Source: a virus
Length of the DNA stretch: 64,000 nucleotides
Strand: one strand, 5' to 3'
IMG/VR virus record: IMGVR_UViG_3300045988_168232
Location: 1 to 64,000 of that record
This document shows positions 35,565-43,747 of this stretch, one piece after another. The translations under genes and the position numbers were made by a program. The notes beneath the pieces are model-generated. The model was not told where the DNA came from, did not search any database, and saw only the letters and a program-made list of their open reading frames with translations. Position 1 is the first letter of the stretch. Each line of letters starts with the position of its first letter.

Positions 35565-36206
35565 TCAGAATTGCACCAGTTCTTTTTTGATTTCGATAAC
35601 CTTGCGCACTACATTTCCGTTTGTGTCTTTGTCAAAGCGTACAATATACACGTGTTCCAAGCCTTCCCAATCCAAGTCACTAAGCACGTTCTTTTCGTTT
35701 TCCTTTTCAAAGTTGTTTTTTTGTTTCAGACCTTTAAGAATAGTTGCGACGCTCCATTTGTTGTCCGCTATCGGAGTAAGCATATAACGGCTAATTGGTT
35801 TTCCGTCCACCTTTTCAGCCTCTTCTTTCGTGAACACCCGGAAAAAAGTTTCCATATCACGCAAGCCCATACGTTCCACGTCTTCTGCACATGGTTGATA
35901 CTTTGCGGGCACATTCCTGAACACAAAGGCACGTGTTCCTTTATCCTCAACATTTTTCATGCCTTCGTGCCAACCGTCCATAAGCAATGCCGGAGTATAG
36001 CCTTTCTTCTTTCCATTCTTTTCAAAACGTGACACACCATGTGCGCTCATCCATTGTTCCACAGTAAGTCCGTTACAGTCGGGAAGTTGTTTTGTGTACA
36101 GTCCGTCAAACTGTTTCAAGACTTGTGATAACTGTGACGTCAAGTCTAAAATACCTCTTGCGCCCTTGTTTTCTTGTGCTTTTGTAATTGTTACTTGAGT
36201 TGACAT
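35565..36206 (-). CDS. Hypothetical protein, first gene of the leftward early array
   Basis: Start taken at the ATG at 36206 (MSTQVTI). 213 aa. Confidence 0.55.
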   Translation of the reverse strand: MSTQVTITKAQENKGARGILDLTSQLSQVLKQFDGLYTKQLPDCNGLTVEQWMSAHGVSRFEKNGKKKGYTPALLMDGWHEGMKNVEDKGTRAFVFRNVPAKYQPCAEDVERMGLRDMETFFRVFTKEEAEKVDGKPISRYMLTPIADNKWSVATILKGLKQKNNFEKENEKNVLSDLDWEGLEHVYIVRFDKDTNGNVVRKVIEIKKELVQF

Positions 36207-37046
36207 AACGATATAGTAACCCCACACGTGAGCGGTTACAACTGCTTTAAAATGAATAAATTGATTGAATTGTGGGTACGGGAACGCATTGCAGTCCCCA
36301 GCGCCGCTTTTAGTACGGACTTACCCTATAAAGTGTTTTTGAATTGTTGATTCATTACAACGGGTGCAACTTGTGCTCCTGCACCTAACACAGACACGCC
36401 AACCCAGTGGTTACATCAGTGCGCTTCGCTTGCGCTGCCTTACACGTACTTGCGCAATGTATTTTGAACATTCTGTATATTTTTGCATTGGATAACGGTC
36501 CCAATAGCGGGAACCTGTGGGCGTACTTTGCCCACGCACAGGCATATCAATCCCATGACTTGCACTACAACCTTATTATGCCTTGTATCTCTCACATACT
36601 TTCTTTACTTGCATTTCGTACCTATTGCTTAACATAGTTAAGCCAAATTTTCATACATAGTACAAAAGTGGTATTTTGCCGAAATGCTTTTAAGCGGATA
36701 AAAATTTCAAATGATATATGCAACACGCTTGCTGCACTGTAAGAGTGATTGTCGGTGTTATCCGTTGCTCAAATCTTACACCCCAATATTGAAGTGGTCT
36801 TTGGACGATTACAACAGTGAATGAAAATTTTTTTTGAGAAAGTGCTTTTATTATATAATATAATGTATGATGGGGGGTATTCTGTTATTAAGTTGTTGAA
36901 AATCAGTTAAATACAATAAAGTTACTTTCCTTGTAAAAATTGTTTGAATAATATTTTTAAATGACTGAAAAAGGCTTGAAAAAAGGTTTAGGGTTATTTT
37001 ATTGTTAAAATAATGTTAAAAAATGGAGTTTTTCATATATATAAAG

Positions 37047-37076
37047 TTGTTTCACTTTCAAAAAATAGTGAAACAA
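37047..37076. promoter_or_regulatory. Perfect 10-bp inverted repeat (operator-like)
   Basis: TTGTTTCACT-N10-AGTGAAACAA. Confidence 0.55.
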
Positions 37077-37184
37077 GAAAATGTAAATCAATGTAAATTT
37101 CTGAAAAATAGATATTTAAGCAAGTTGTAATCAAATAAATATATATTAACATTTGTGGTAATGAATTTATACAAATAAAATAAG

Positions 37185-37208
37185 GTTCACTTTTGTAGAA
37201 AGTGAAAC
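37185..37208. promoter_or_regulatory. Second palindromic site of the same motif
   Basis: GGTTCACTTT-TGTAG-AAAGTGAAAC. Confidence 0.5.
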
Positions 37209-38131
37209 AAAAATAAGCCACTATGTTGGCTAACTAATTGAAAATAAATAAAATAACTGGGTGGGTGGCTCACTTGCTCTTCAAAGCGGATGTAAATTTT
37301 TCCCGATTTTCAAATTTCGATTTTTAGGCATATTTTACTTATATAAGGAACTCACATCAGTTCCACAAAACACCATAATATCAAAAAACTTTGTGAAAAA
37401 ATTATTATCAGAATTATAATTTTGTCTTAAATCATAGTTTCTGTCTGATTTTCAATGTTTTATATATTTCTACATGTTTTTGGTGAACGGAAGAATTTCC
37501 GAATCCTTGTTTTGCTGACAGCTATAATCACCTGCTATTTGCTCGGAAATACCCTTTTCCTTGATTTTGCGACATTTTCTTCGTTGAAATGAATACTTGT
37601 AAGTCAAAGGAAAAATAAGGGCTAAAAATGGCTTAAAATGTAAATCATGGAATCGGTTTGGGCTATCCCAGATTTCTTCTCATGATTATTTGGTCATAAA
37701 TCCCCGAATTTTTATATTGCTACTAATTTCTTGAAAATATTTCAAACACTAAAAATCGCTCATGTACAAACTCCAAATTTTTCCCGACCCCAAATTTCAA
37801 ATTCAGTTTTTCGGTATGTGCCCAGTGGTTAACGGCGAAAGGAGGGGCTAAATGGGGTGGAATGAGAATAGGTGCGTAAGCACAGGGGAATTTTTGCGGA
37901 GCAAAAAGGCGCAAGCCCAACAGTGAGCGAAAAAGTAAAATTAAAATTTAAAGCTGGGAATGGAACTGCGCCTACAGTTCAAAAACTTAATTTTCAAATT
38001 AAAGCTGGAATAATCCTTACAATGTTTTAGCTCTCTCCTAAAATGCCTAAACAGTCTTTGTTTATTTACTGGGAATGGGAGTGCAATATTATAGTGGTTG
38101 TCCTACAAGTTACGGGCACTCGCGCACGCGC

Positions 38132-38200
38132 CAGACTTTTTCGAGTTTTTTCTTCGAACTTGTGAGAAGAAAAACGAGAAAAAGACTGTTTTTCTTTTTT
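38132..38200 (+). terminator. Long imperfect AT-rich hairpin plus T-run (plus-strand terminator-like)
   Basis: The 38132-38155 arm pairs with 38166-38188 (9 bp + 7 bp + 3 bp blocks) around the loop GAACTTGTGA, followed by TTTTTCTTTTTT. Confidence 0.4.
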
Positions 38201-38351
38201 AGGTAATTTCTCTTTTCTCTTTTTCTTTATTTATTTCTTTTTCTTTAAGGGGTCCAGGGGATTTTTCTTTTTCTTGTTTTTTCTTTTTCGGTTTTCTCTT
38301 TATCGACCTTTTCTTTTTACCAGAACCTGCCGTTTTCAGAACTGTCGGTAC

Positions 38352-38386
38352 AAAAAGTGCGCCGAACTTCACAGCCCAGCGCACTT
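38352..38386 (-). terminator. Rho-independent terminator of the 40098->38452 operon
   Basis: GTGCGC (38357-38362) pairs with GCGCAC (38379-38384). A minus-strand T-run follows, seen as the A-run at 38352-38356. Confidence 0.5.
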
Positions 38387-38451
38387 ACCAAAATCCAAAA
38401 TTATTTGCTTTATCCAAGTATTAATAGTCTCGTCATCACAAAACCTCAGTT

Positions 38452-38742
38452 TTATTCTACCATGACTTCTTTTCCATACACTAATGCGGTTTGAAGTTCT
38501 GCCAGACATCCTTTAGACTTTTGCCAGTTCTTGCAGAGATAAATCATATCACAATCGAGCAATGCCGCTATACATTTGCTCATCGCTTCGTTATATGGGG
38601 TGTTTACAGACCGTACCACATCGAACGGGGTAATGACTTCATGGTCTTTCTGGACAAGATTGGTTGCTACAACAAATGCATGATTGCGTTGGTCGTTGTA
38701 ATTCTCACCAGTTATAGGAATTGAAACATAAACTTTCTTCAT
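38452..38742 (-). CDS. DUF4406 (nucleoside 2-deoxyribosyltransferase-like) protein
   Basis: 'KKVYVSIPITGENYNDQ...CDMIYLCKNWQKSKGCLAELQTALVYGKEV' matches the DUF4406 pattern. ATG at 38742. Confidence 0.65.
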   Translation of the reverse strand: MKKVYVSIPITGENYNDQRNHAFVVATNLVQKDHEVITPFDVVRSVNTPYNEAMSKCIAALLDCDMIYLCKNWQKSKGCLAELQTALVYGKEVMVE

Positions 38743-38916
38743 TATCACAATTTTTAAATCACATTGCTGTTATCACGTCTTTATTTGCGCCGTTTATTTG
38801 CTCTACGCTCTCTACGATTGGGTTTTCTGACTTCTTCAATTCTCACTATCGCATCTTGCTTTGGAATATCAAGAAGAATGTCTGTATGCTTGATTGATGA
38901 TACTGTCAGAATCGCA

Positions 38917-39174
38917 CTAATTAAAATTTGGCTTATCATGATTTTTATCTATTTCGTTTGCTGGCAGCCATGAAAACTGCCATTGATGGTTTGATGAAAA
39001 ACATTGAGTAATTTGGCCAAGGTCAAAAAACGCTGCATTAAAATTGTTTATTTTCAAGAATTTGTGTACTGAATCATCTTCAGTACGACAATGCAGATAA
39101 ATGTTTGCCCCCTGCTCTGGATAACATGAGAATGTATTCCAGTTCAACGCTGTCAGATATTCCCTAAAACTCAT
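38917..39174 (-). CDS. Hypothetical protein
   Basis: Start at the ATG at 39174, 1 nt after the upstream stop. Confidence 0.5.
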   Translation of the reverse strand: MSFREYLTALNWNTFSCYPEQGANIYLHCRTEDDSVHKFLKINNFNAAFFDLGQITQCFSSNHQWQFSWLPANEIDKNHDKPNFN

Positions 39175-39175
39175 A

Positions 39176-39481
39176 TCAATCAAACTTGAACCTATGGTCA
39201 GGAACAATTAAACCTTGCTGCTGTTTCCAGCCTTTTTCTTTTTTCAGTTTGTTGAATTTTTCAATCAAATCAACCATAACACTGTCACTTACGTGACCAA
39301 GATGGAAATACACACATCCGTCTATATTCCGGCAGTCTTTGACAGTCTTCTCAGGGCATTTTACAACAAGTTTGCCATTTTCCATAACTGGTTGGAAACC
39401 ATAGTCTGATAATTTGGAATCCAGTGCGACTACTGTTAGATTTTTAAATTTTTGATACTCAAAATGAATAGGTCTGCTCAT
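39176..39481 (-). CDS. Hypothetical protein
   Basis: 101-aa ORF. Confidence 0.5.
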   Translation of the reverse strand: MSRPIHFEYQKFKNLTVVALDSKLSDYGFQPVMENGKLVVKCPEKTVKDCRNIDGCVYFHLGHVSDSVMVDLIEKFNKLKKEKGWKQQQGLIVPDHRFKFD

Positions 39482-39516
39482 AGATTAAACATTTAAACTA
39501 TAACTGCTCTAATCAA

Positions 39517-40098
39517 TTAATCATATTCCTCTTCTTCAGCTAGATCGTGGCCCGGCTCAAGAACATGATTGTCGTATGCGTTTTTTATATCATCTTTAGT
39601 AAGGCTCATGATGCTTGTTTTTCTGGTAGCCTTGCGTATTCTTGTATATATGCCGGAATCTTCTCCTTCCACCAAGTCATTAAGATGTTGAATCGCTGTA
39701 TAATTGAGTTTACGTATTCTGCCGGCCCCACGTTGGCCATTTGGGGCTTCCTGTAACAATCCTACTTTTCGTAGGGAATATAAACAGGAACTTACTGTGG
39801 GTGTTGAGATTTTAATTTTAATAGCAAGCTCTTTAACTGATGATGCGCATTCTCCGCGTTCATTAGTCTCTTCAAGAATAGTGGACACAATCATTAATTC
39901 ATTATGTGTCAAATAGTATATTAACACTTTTGGAATAGGAAGTACCATTCCATTAAAGACTTGCTCATTCTCCACTGAGGCAAGCACTTGATATTTAATT
40001 TTTGGCAAGACAATCCCTGTCTTTAATTGCTTCGGATCAATCTTGATAACGATTGGTTCCGGTTTTGCGAGTATCGCTTTTTGTGGTATTCGTTTCAT
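39517..40098 (-). CDS. Winged-helix DNA-binding protein (repressor or replication-initiator candidate)
   Basis: 'SVKELAIKIKISTPTVSSCLYSLRKVGLLQEAPNG' is a MarR-like wHTH. First gene of the leftward operon at a divergent promoter region. Confidence 0.6.
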   Translation of the reverse strand: MKRIPQKAILAKPEPIVIKIDPKQLKTGIVLPKIKYQVLASVENEQVFNGMVLPIPKVLIYYLTHNELMIVSTILEETNERGECASSVKELAIKIKISTPTVSSCLYSLRKVGLLQEAPNGQRGAGRIRKLNYTAIQHLNDLVEGEDSGIYTRIRKATRKTSIMSLTKDDIKNAYDNHVLEPGHDLAEEEEYD

Positions 40099-40207
40099 GC
40101 CATGTTATTATTCATGACACTGCCTTGATCACGTCAGGATATATCCTCATATATAATTAGTTGCAAAGCTATTAAAAAATAAAATTCGGTCAAAATAATC
40201 CGCATTA

Positions 40208-40241
40208 TTTGAGTTGGATTTAAGTTTTAATCGTACCTTTG
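40208..40241 (+). promoter_or_regulatory. Bacteroidetes-type promoter candidate for 40269..41138
   Basis: TTTG (40208-40211), then 22 nt, then TACCTTTG (40234-40241). This matches the -33 TTTG / -7 TAnnTTTG consensus. Confidence 0.35.
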
Positions 40242-40268
40242 TCAATTTCTAATTTTCAATAATATGAT

Positions 40269-41138
40269 ATGAAAACATTAGACCAAATAATCAGATATAC
40301 ATCCCAATGCAGATTCCCAGATGACGACTGGCAGAAGGTACTTGCTTATTGTCGTGAGCGTTTTAAAGGAGGTAAGATACATAAGGCTTTATCTCCGATA
40401 TCTGAATCATCATATGACCAATTTGTTAACTGGCTTGATTCAGGATTCGGTTCTGGAGATTTGGTCAGTTATGGTAAAACAATGGGGGTAATAGGTGATT
40501 GTACGCCCAAAGTCACAACTCTTATTGCGTATTGTGACTATGAAGAGAATCTTATAGTCAAAAAAATGAATGTTCAGGACGTTTTAAGGCTAAAACGTCT
40601 TGATGAGGAAAGAAGCAGGGAGTTGAAAAAGAAAATTTATGAACGTGGTCTTGATATTGTTGTAAGAAACGCAAAATTGTCTGAGCTGTACATCCCCAAG
40701 AAAAATTTCTATGTCACTTTAGGTGATAGTGAATATGGAGATTTAAGTGTCGGAATATACTTAGAATCAAATGGTTGTTCACATCATTTCTCTGCTTTCT
40801 TAAATAAGAATGGTAAACTTGAAATGGATTGTTGGATAGACATTGAGTGTACACCATTTAGGTCGGCTACCGAGAAAGATATTCAAAGATTACATCAAGC
40901 CACATCTAATGCCGGATGGTCCTTTAACGGAAGAACCAATACGTTTATCAAAATGCCTAAGCGTGGACATAATAATGTTTACTGGTATATGAATGATCGG
41001 TTTGAAATTGTGCTGGATAAAGATAATGGCTCCAAGAAACATACAGAACGATATGATGCCGGAAATTATTTTCTTGACAATACTGAAGCGTTGCTATTCA
41101 TGAAAGAAGTTAGGAACATGAGAAATGGAGGAGTTTAA
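40269..41138 (+). CDS. Hypothetical protein
   Basis: 289-aa ORF. It is the only plus-strand gene between 3.6 and 45.9 kb. Confidence 0.55.
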   Translation: MKTLDQIIRYTSQCRFPDDDWQKVLAYCRERFKGGKIHKALSPISESSYDQFVNWLDSGFGSGDLVSYGKTMGVIGDCTPKVTTLIAYCDYEENLIVKKMNVQDVLRLKRLDEERSRELKKKIYERGLDIVVRNAKLSELYIPKKNFYVTLGDSEYGDLSVGIYLESNGCSHHFSAFLNKNGKLEMDCWIDIECTPFRSATEKDIQRLHQATSNAGWSFNGRTNTFIKMPKRGHNNVYWYMNDRFEIVLDKDNGSKKHTERYDAGNYFLDNTEALLFMKEVRNMRNGGV

Positions 41139-41161
41139 TATACCCCTCCATTCTTGTTTTT
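41125..41161 (+). terminator. Hairpin between convergent genes
   Basis: ATGGAGG (41125-41131) pairs with CCTCCAT (41145-41151), followed by TTCTTGTTTTT. Confidence 0.4.
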
Positions 41162-42002
41162 ATTGTAAGTCTATTGGTTTGAATGTTGACTGAAGTGCCA
41201 CATCATACCAGTAATCTTCCGCTTTTTGTATTGGAATCTCTACCGCTATGGATTTCTGTTTGTTTGCTTTATTCCATTCTTGTACTTTATTTTTGGAAAA
41301 AGTATACATGCCAATCGGCCTCTGCCTTAAAGTTGCTTTATCATTAAAGCAACTGAATATATCTACTTCTTCAACATATAAATGTTCTTTGTATTTTTGC
41401 TTGAACAGAATCCAATTGTCCACTTGGTATTTATTGTAGAACAATGCCCAGCAATATATGGCAACTTCCATGTCTGTGAGTTTATCCCATCCGTTATTTG
41501 CATCATCCTCTGCAAGCATAATGATTTGGCGGAGATATGTCCTATTTGCTTGGACATGTTCACGTGAAATTTCATATTTCTGTAAAATATCAGGAACAAT
41601 TCCGCATAAGTTCATTACCCCTTCTTTGGTAATCATATAATCACCATCTGTTTCAGGAAATTTAAAAATAAGATGAAGCCTTTTATGGTCATACGCATTT
41701 ATTTTACGGATAGAATATGATTTTCCCCATATACGCACTTGTTTATGATTAGATGCAGCATCATTAAAATCAGATTCTATATCAATTACAAGTCTATCAA
41801 GTATTTTTTTAGGAATTTTGAATCCCCACATATCATCAGGGCTAAATTTATCATCACATTCTTCCGCGTCAGTTTGAAATGTATCAAAAAGACAACTGAG
41901 TGCATACGCAGCGTGCAACATGTAAGGTTGATCGCTAACCTCCCAAGGTTCATGCATCAAGATATCTAAATCTGAAGCACTGTAAGATTGATAGTTATTC
42001 AT
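41160..42002 (-). CDS. Hypothetical protein
   Basis: 280-aa ORF, last gene of the recombinase-headed operon. Confidence 0.55.
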   Translation of the reverse strand: MNNYQSYSASDLDILMHEPWEVSDQPYMLHAAYALSCLFDTFQTDAEECDDKFSPDDMWGFKIPKKILDRLVIDIESDFNDAASNHKQVRIWGKSYSIRKINAYDHKRLHLIFKFPETDGDYMITKEGVMNLCGIVPDILQKYEISREHVQANRTYLRQIIMLAEDDANNGWDKLTDMEVAIYCWALFYNKYQVDNWILFKQKYKEHLYVEEVDIFSCFNDKATLRQRPIGMYTFSKNKVQEWNKANKQKSIAVEIPIQKAEDYWYDVALQSTFKPIDLQ

Positions 42003-42285
42003 CGTCTGGAAGTATTGAATTAATGGATTGAAGCAAATCAGTGGAATAAGGAGAATTATTTGTAATCATATTCATTACATTCAATTTGAGAATACGATAA
42101 ATGGCGGCACCAATAGGATTGTTTGGCTGGTGCATACAGGAAAAGATAGCTTGTGCTATATTGTCCGAATTTCCATGTGTTACGGCTCCACACCGTCCTT
42201 CTTTATGGGAAATGATAAATATATCTGCATCTTTTCCCATGATTTTTTTAGCTTCTCGAAGCAAATTGTCTGTTTTTGTCTCCAT
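41995..42285 (-). CDS. Hypothetical protein
   Basis: 96-aa ORF with an 8-nt overlap. Confidence 0.5.
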   Translation of the reverse strand: METKTDNLLREAKKIMGKDADIFIISHKEGRCGAVTHGNSDNIAQAIFSCMHQPNNPIGAAIYRILKLNVMNMITNNSPYSTDLLQSINSILPDDE

Positions 42286-42297
42286 GAGGATTTTGGA

Positions 42298-42888
42298 TTA
42301 TTGATTGACACTGCTCTCATCATTTAATATATCTTTTTTGTTGATGAAGAATCCACAATGTTCATCACCAATCTTCCATTTTGGAGGAATCGAATTATAT
42401 GGTCCGGCTCCATCATTTTCTTGCTCTGTATTATATCTGAAGCAATGATACCTATCTAAGCAGGCACGGGCATTGCATGTTTTGTTTGTCCTTTTTAATT
42501 GTCGGTATGCCTTTAGAGTAATTTCAACTACAGTAGGATGAAATTTATCCAAGAAACGATCTGGTATGGTTCCTATAGTCCATATATCGTTTGATTGAAG
42601 CAAGGAGCTGTCAGGACGCATAAAATAGCGCATTTTACCTTTTCCCCCTAAAATAAGGGTTTTATCCTTTTTGTCAGCTACTGGATGTATTCTTAAACAC
42701 TTGTTATTAATCACTTCAAGATATTTAGGGGGATAATCAATTATATCTTGCCAGAATGCACATTCGTAACAGATTTTTTTCTGTTTCATTATGCGGCTTA
42801 TGTGATTTTGAGAATCATATCCATGCAAAAGCATTTTTATTCCGCAGCATTTACAATATCCAATATGACTGAATAATTTTACCGTCAT
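42298..42888 (-). CDS. Cys-rich hypothetical protein
   Basis: 'YCKCCGIKM...CYECAFW' zinc-ribbon-like N-terminus. 196 aa. Confidence 0.55.
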   Translation of the reverse strand: MTVKLFSHIGYCKCCGIKMLLHGYDSQNHISRIMKQKKICYECAFWQDIIDYPPKYLEVINNKCLRIHPVADKKDKTLILGGKGKMRYFMRPDSSLLQSNDIWTIGTIPDRFLDKFHPTVVEITLKAYRQLKRTNKTCNARACLDRYHCFRYNTEQENDGAGPYNSIPPKWKIGDEHCGFFINKKDILNDESSVNQ

Positions 42889-42892
42889 ACCT

Positions 42893-43486
42893 TTATATTT
42901 CTATAGAGTTAAAGATGCTGGAAATCTCATCATCGCGTATTCCTAGATATATCATGGTTGTATCTATGCTTGTGTGTTTAAAAATACGATTTAGATATAC
43001 CAATGATTTTTCAGTTCTTCCACTCTTTTCATATACATATCTACCGAATGTCTTTCTAAAAGTGTGTGTGCTGAAATTGTCTATGTCAAGCTCATACTGA
43101 ATCGCCCACTGTTTCAGTGTTCGATTAATATATTGTATAGATACCGGCTTGTTTTCATTTCCCTTTTTATTGGCTAAAATAAAATCTCGTTTATTCGGTT
43201 TCCCCATTCGTTCATATAAGGTAGTAAAATGGTCAGAGGCATTTTGACCAATTGGTATAACATGGGTTTTACCTGTTTTTTTTGCTATAGCAATGACTTT
43301 TCGTTGATTAAGAATATCACACCATTTTAATTTGCATACATCAGAGAAACGTAATCCGGTACAGAAAGACAGTATGCAATAGCAGGCCCACCAATATTTT
43401 TTTTCATTTATCAGTGCTTGTACAAGTTTCTGATAATCACTGTACGGCAAATAATCTGCCGTTGTTATACTTCCTTTTTGGCTCAT
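42893..43486 (-). CDS. Short tyrosine recombinase (catalytic domain only)
   Basis: 197 aa. 'CTGLRFSDV' (Arg), 'KKTGKTHVIP' (Lys), 'HTFRKTFG' (H-x-x-R), 'KHTS' and 'TMIYLG' (Tyr). No N-terminal core-binding domain. Confidence 0.8.
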   Translation of the reverse strand: MSQKGSITTADYLPYSDYQKLVQALINEKKYWWACYCILSFCTGLRFSDVCKLKWCDILNQRKVIAIAKKTGKTHVIPIGQNASDHFTTLYERMGKPNKRDFILANKKGNENKPVSIQYINRTLKQWAIQYELDIDNFSTHTFRKTFGRYVYEKSGRTEKSLVYLNRIFKHTSIDTTMIYLGIRDDEISSIFNSIEI

Positions 43487-43555
43487 AACTTTATTATTTT
43501 GGAATTTGGTAATGCAAAATTATCGTTAAAACTAGAATAAGCAAAATATTTTTCA

Positions 43556-43566
43556 TGTTTCACTTT
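43556..43566 (+). promoter_or_regulatory. TGTTTCACTTT motif copy A
   Basis: An 11-mer identical to the sites at 37048-37058 and 43625-43635. It lies in the intergenic region upstream of the recombinase operon. Confidence 0.5.
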
Positions 43567-43624
43567 CTAATAAAAGTTAAACTAAATATATATAATTGGT
43601 GTTCAAGTGTTTAAATATAGAACT

Positions 43625-43639
43625 TGTTTCACTTTTTAT
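43625..43639 (+). promoter_or_regulatory. TGTTTCACTTT motif copy B (14-mer GTTTCACTTTTTAT at 43626-43639)
   Basis: Perfect inverted copy of 45771-45784. Confidence 0.5.
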
Positions 43640-43682
43640 AATCACTCATGTTACTGACCGGAATTTATATACATTATTATAT

Positions 43683-43715
43683 AGAAAAGGGGCGTGTCGT
43701 AAAACAACACGCCCC
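43683..43715 (-). terminator. Rho-independent terminator after dUTPase
   Basis: GGGGCGTGT (43689-43697) pairs with ACACGCCCC (43707-43715), a 9-bp GC-rich stem. On the minus strand TTTTCT follows. Confidence 0.65.
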
Positions 43716-43747
43716 TGGGACCACCGTCCTATCATGTAGTTAAGAGT

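Larger units (their letters stand above)
36230..38351. other. 2.1-kb ORF-free region (candidate origin / switch / ncRNA locus)
   Basis: Only three short, low-complexity ORFs in six frames. A GC-rich hairpin-dense part (36.24-36.64 kb) is followed by an AT-rich part with several repeat families. Confidence 0.7.

Noticed and set aside
36230-36660. tRNA, tmRNA or RNase P RNA as an integration target in the GC-rich non-coding segment
   Set aside because: No cloverleaf could be drawn and there is no GGTTCGAATCC-type T-arm. There is also no tmRNA tag frame or 3' CCA-end structure and no RNase P P4 'AGGAAAGTCC' motif.
37033-37920. ORFs 37033..37221 and 37723..37920 in the ORF-free region
   Set aside because: Both are translations of AT-rich or repeat sequence (Ile/Phe/Tyr/Leu-rich, or Pro-rich with no motif). 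37033..37221 is built over the two palindromic operator sites.
38199-38384. 61-aa K/E-rich ORF in the polypyrimidine tract
   Set aside because: It has a GTG start buried in the terminator hairpin of the upstream operon, and its product is just the translation of a purine-rich repeat. It would need proteomic evidence.
40147-43600. Short AT-rich similarity (ATATATAATT.GT) at 40.15 kb and 43.59 kb as direct repeats bounding the island
   Set aside because: It is only about 11 nt of pure A/T in AT-rich intergenic DNA, which is compatible with chance.
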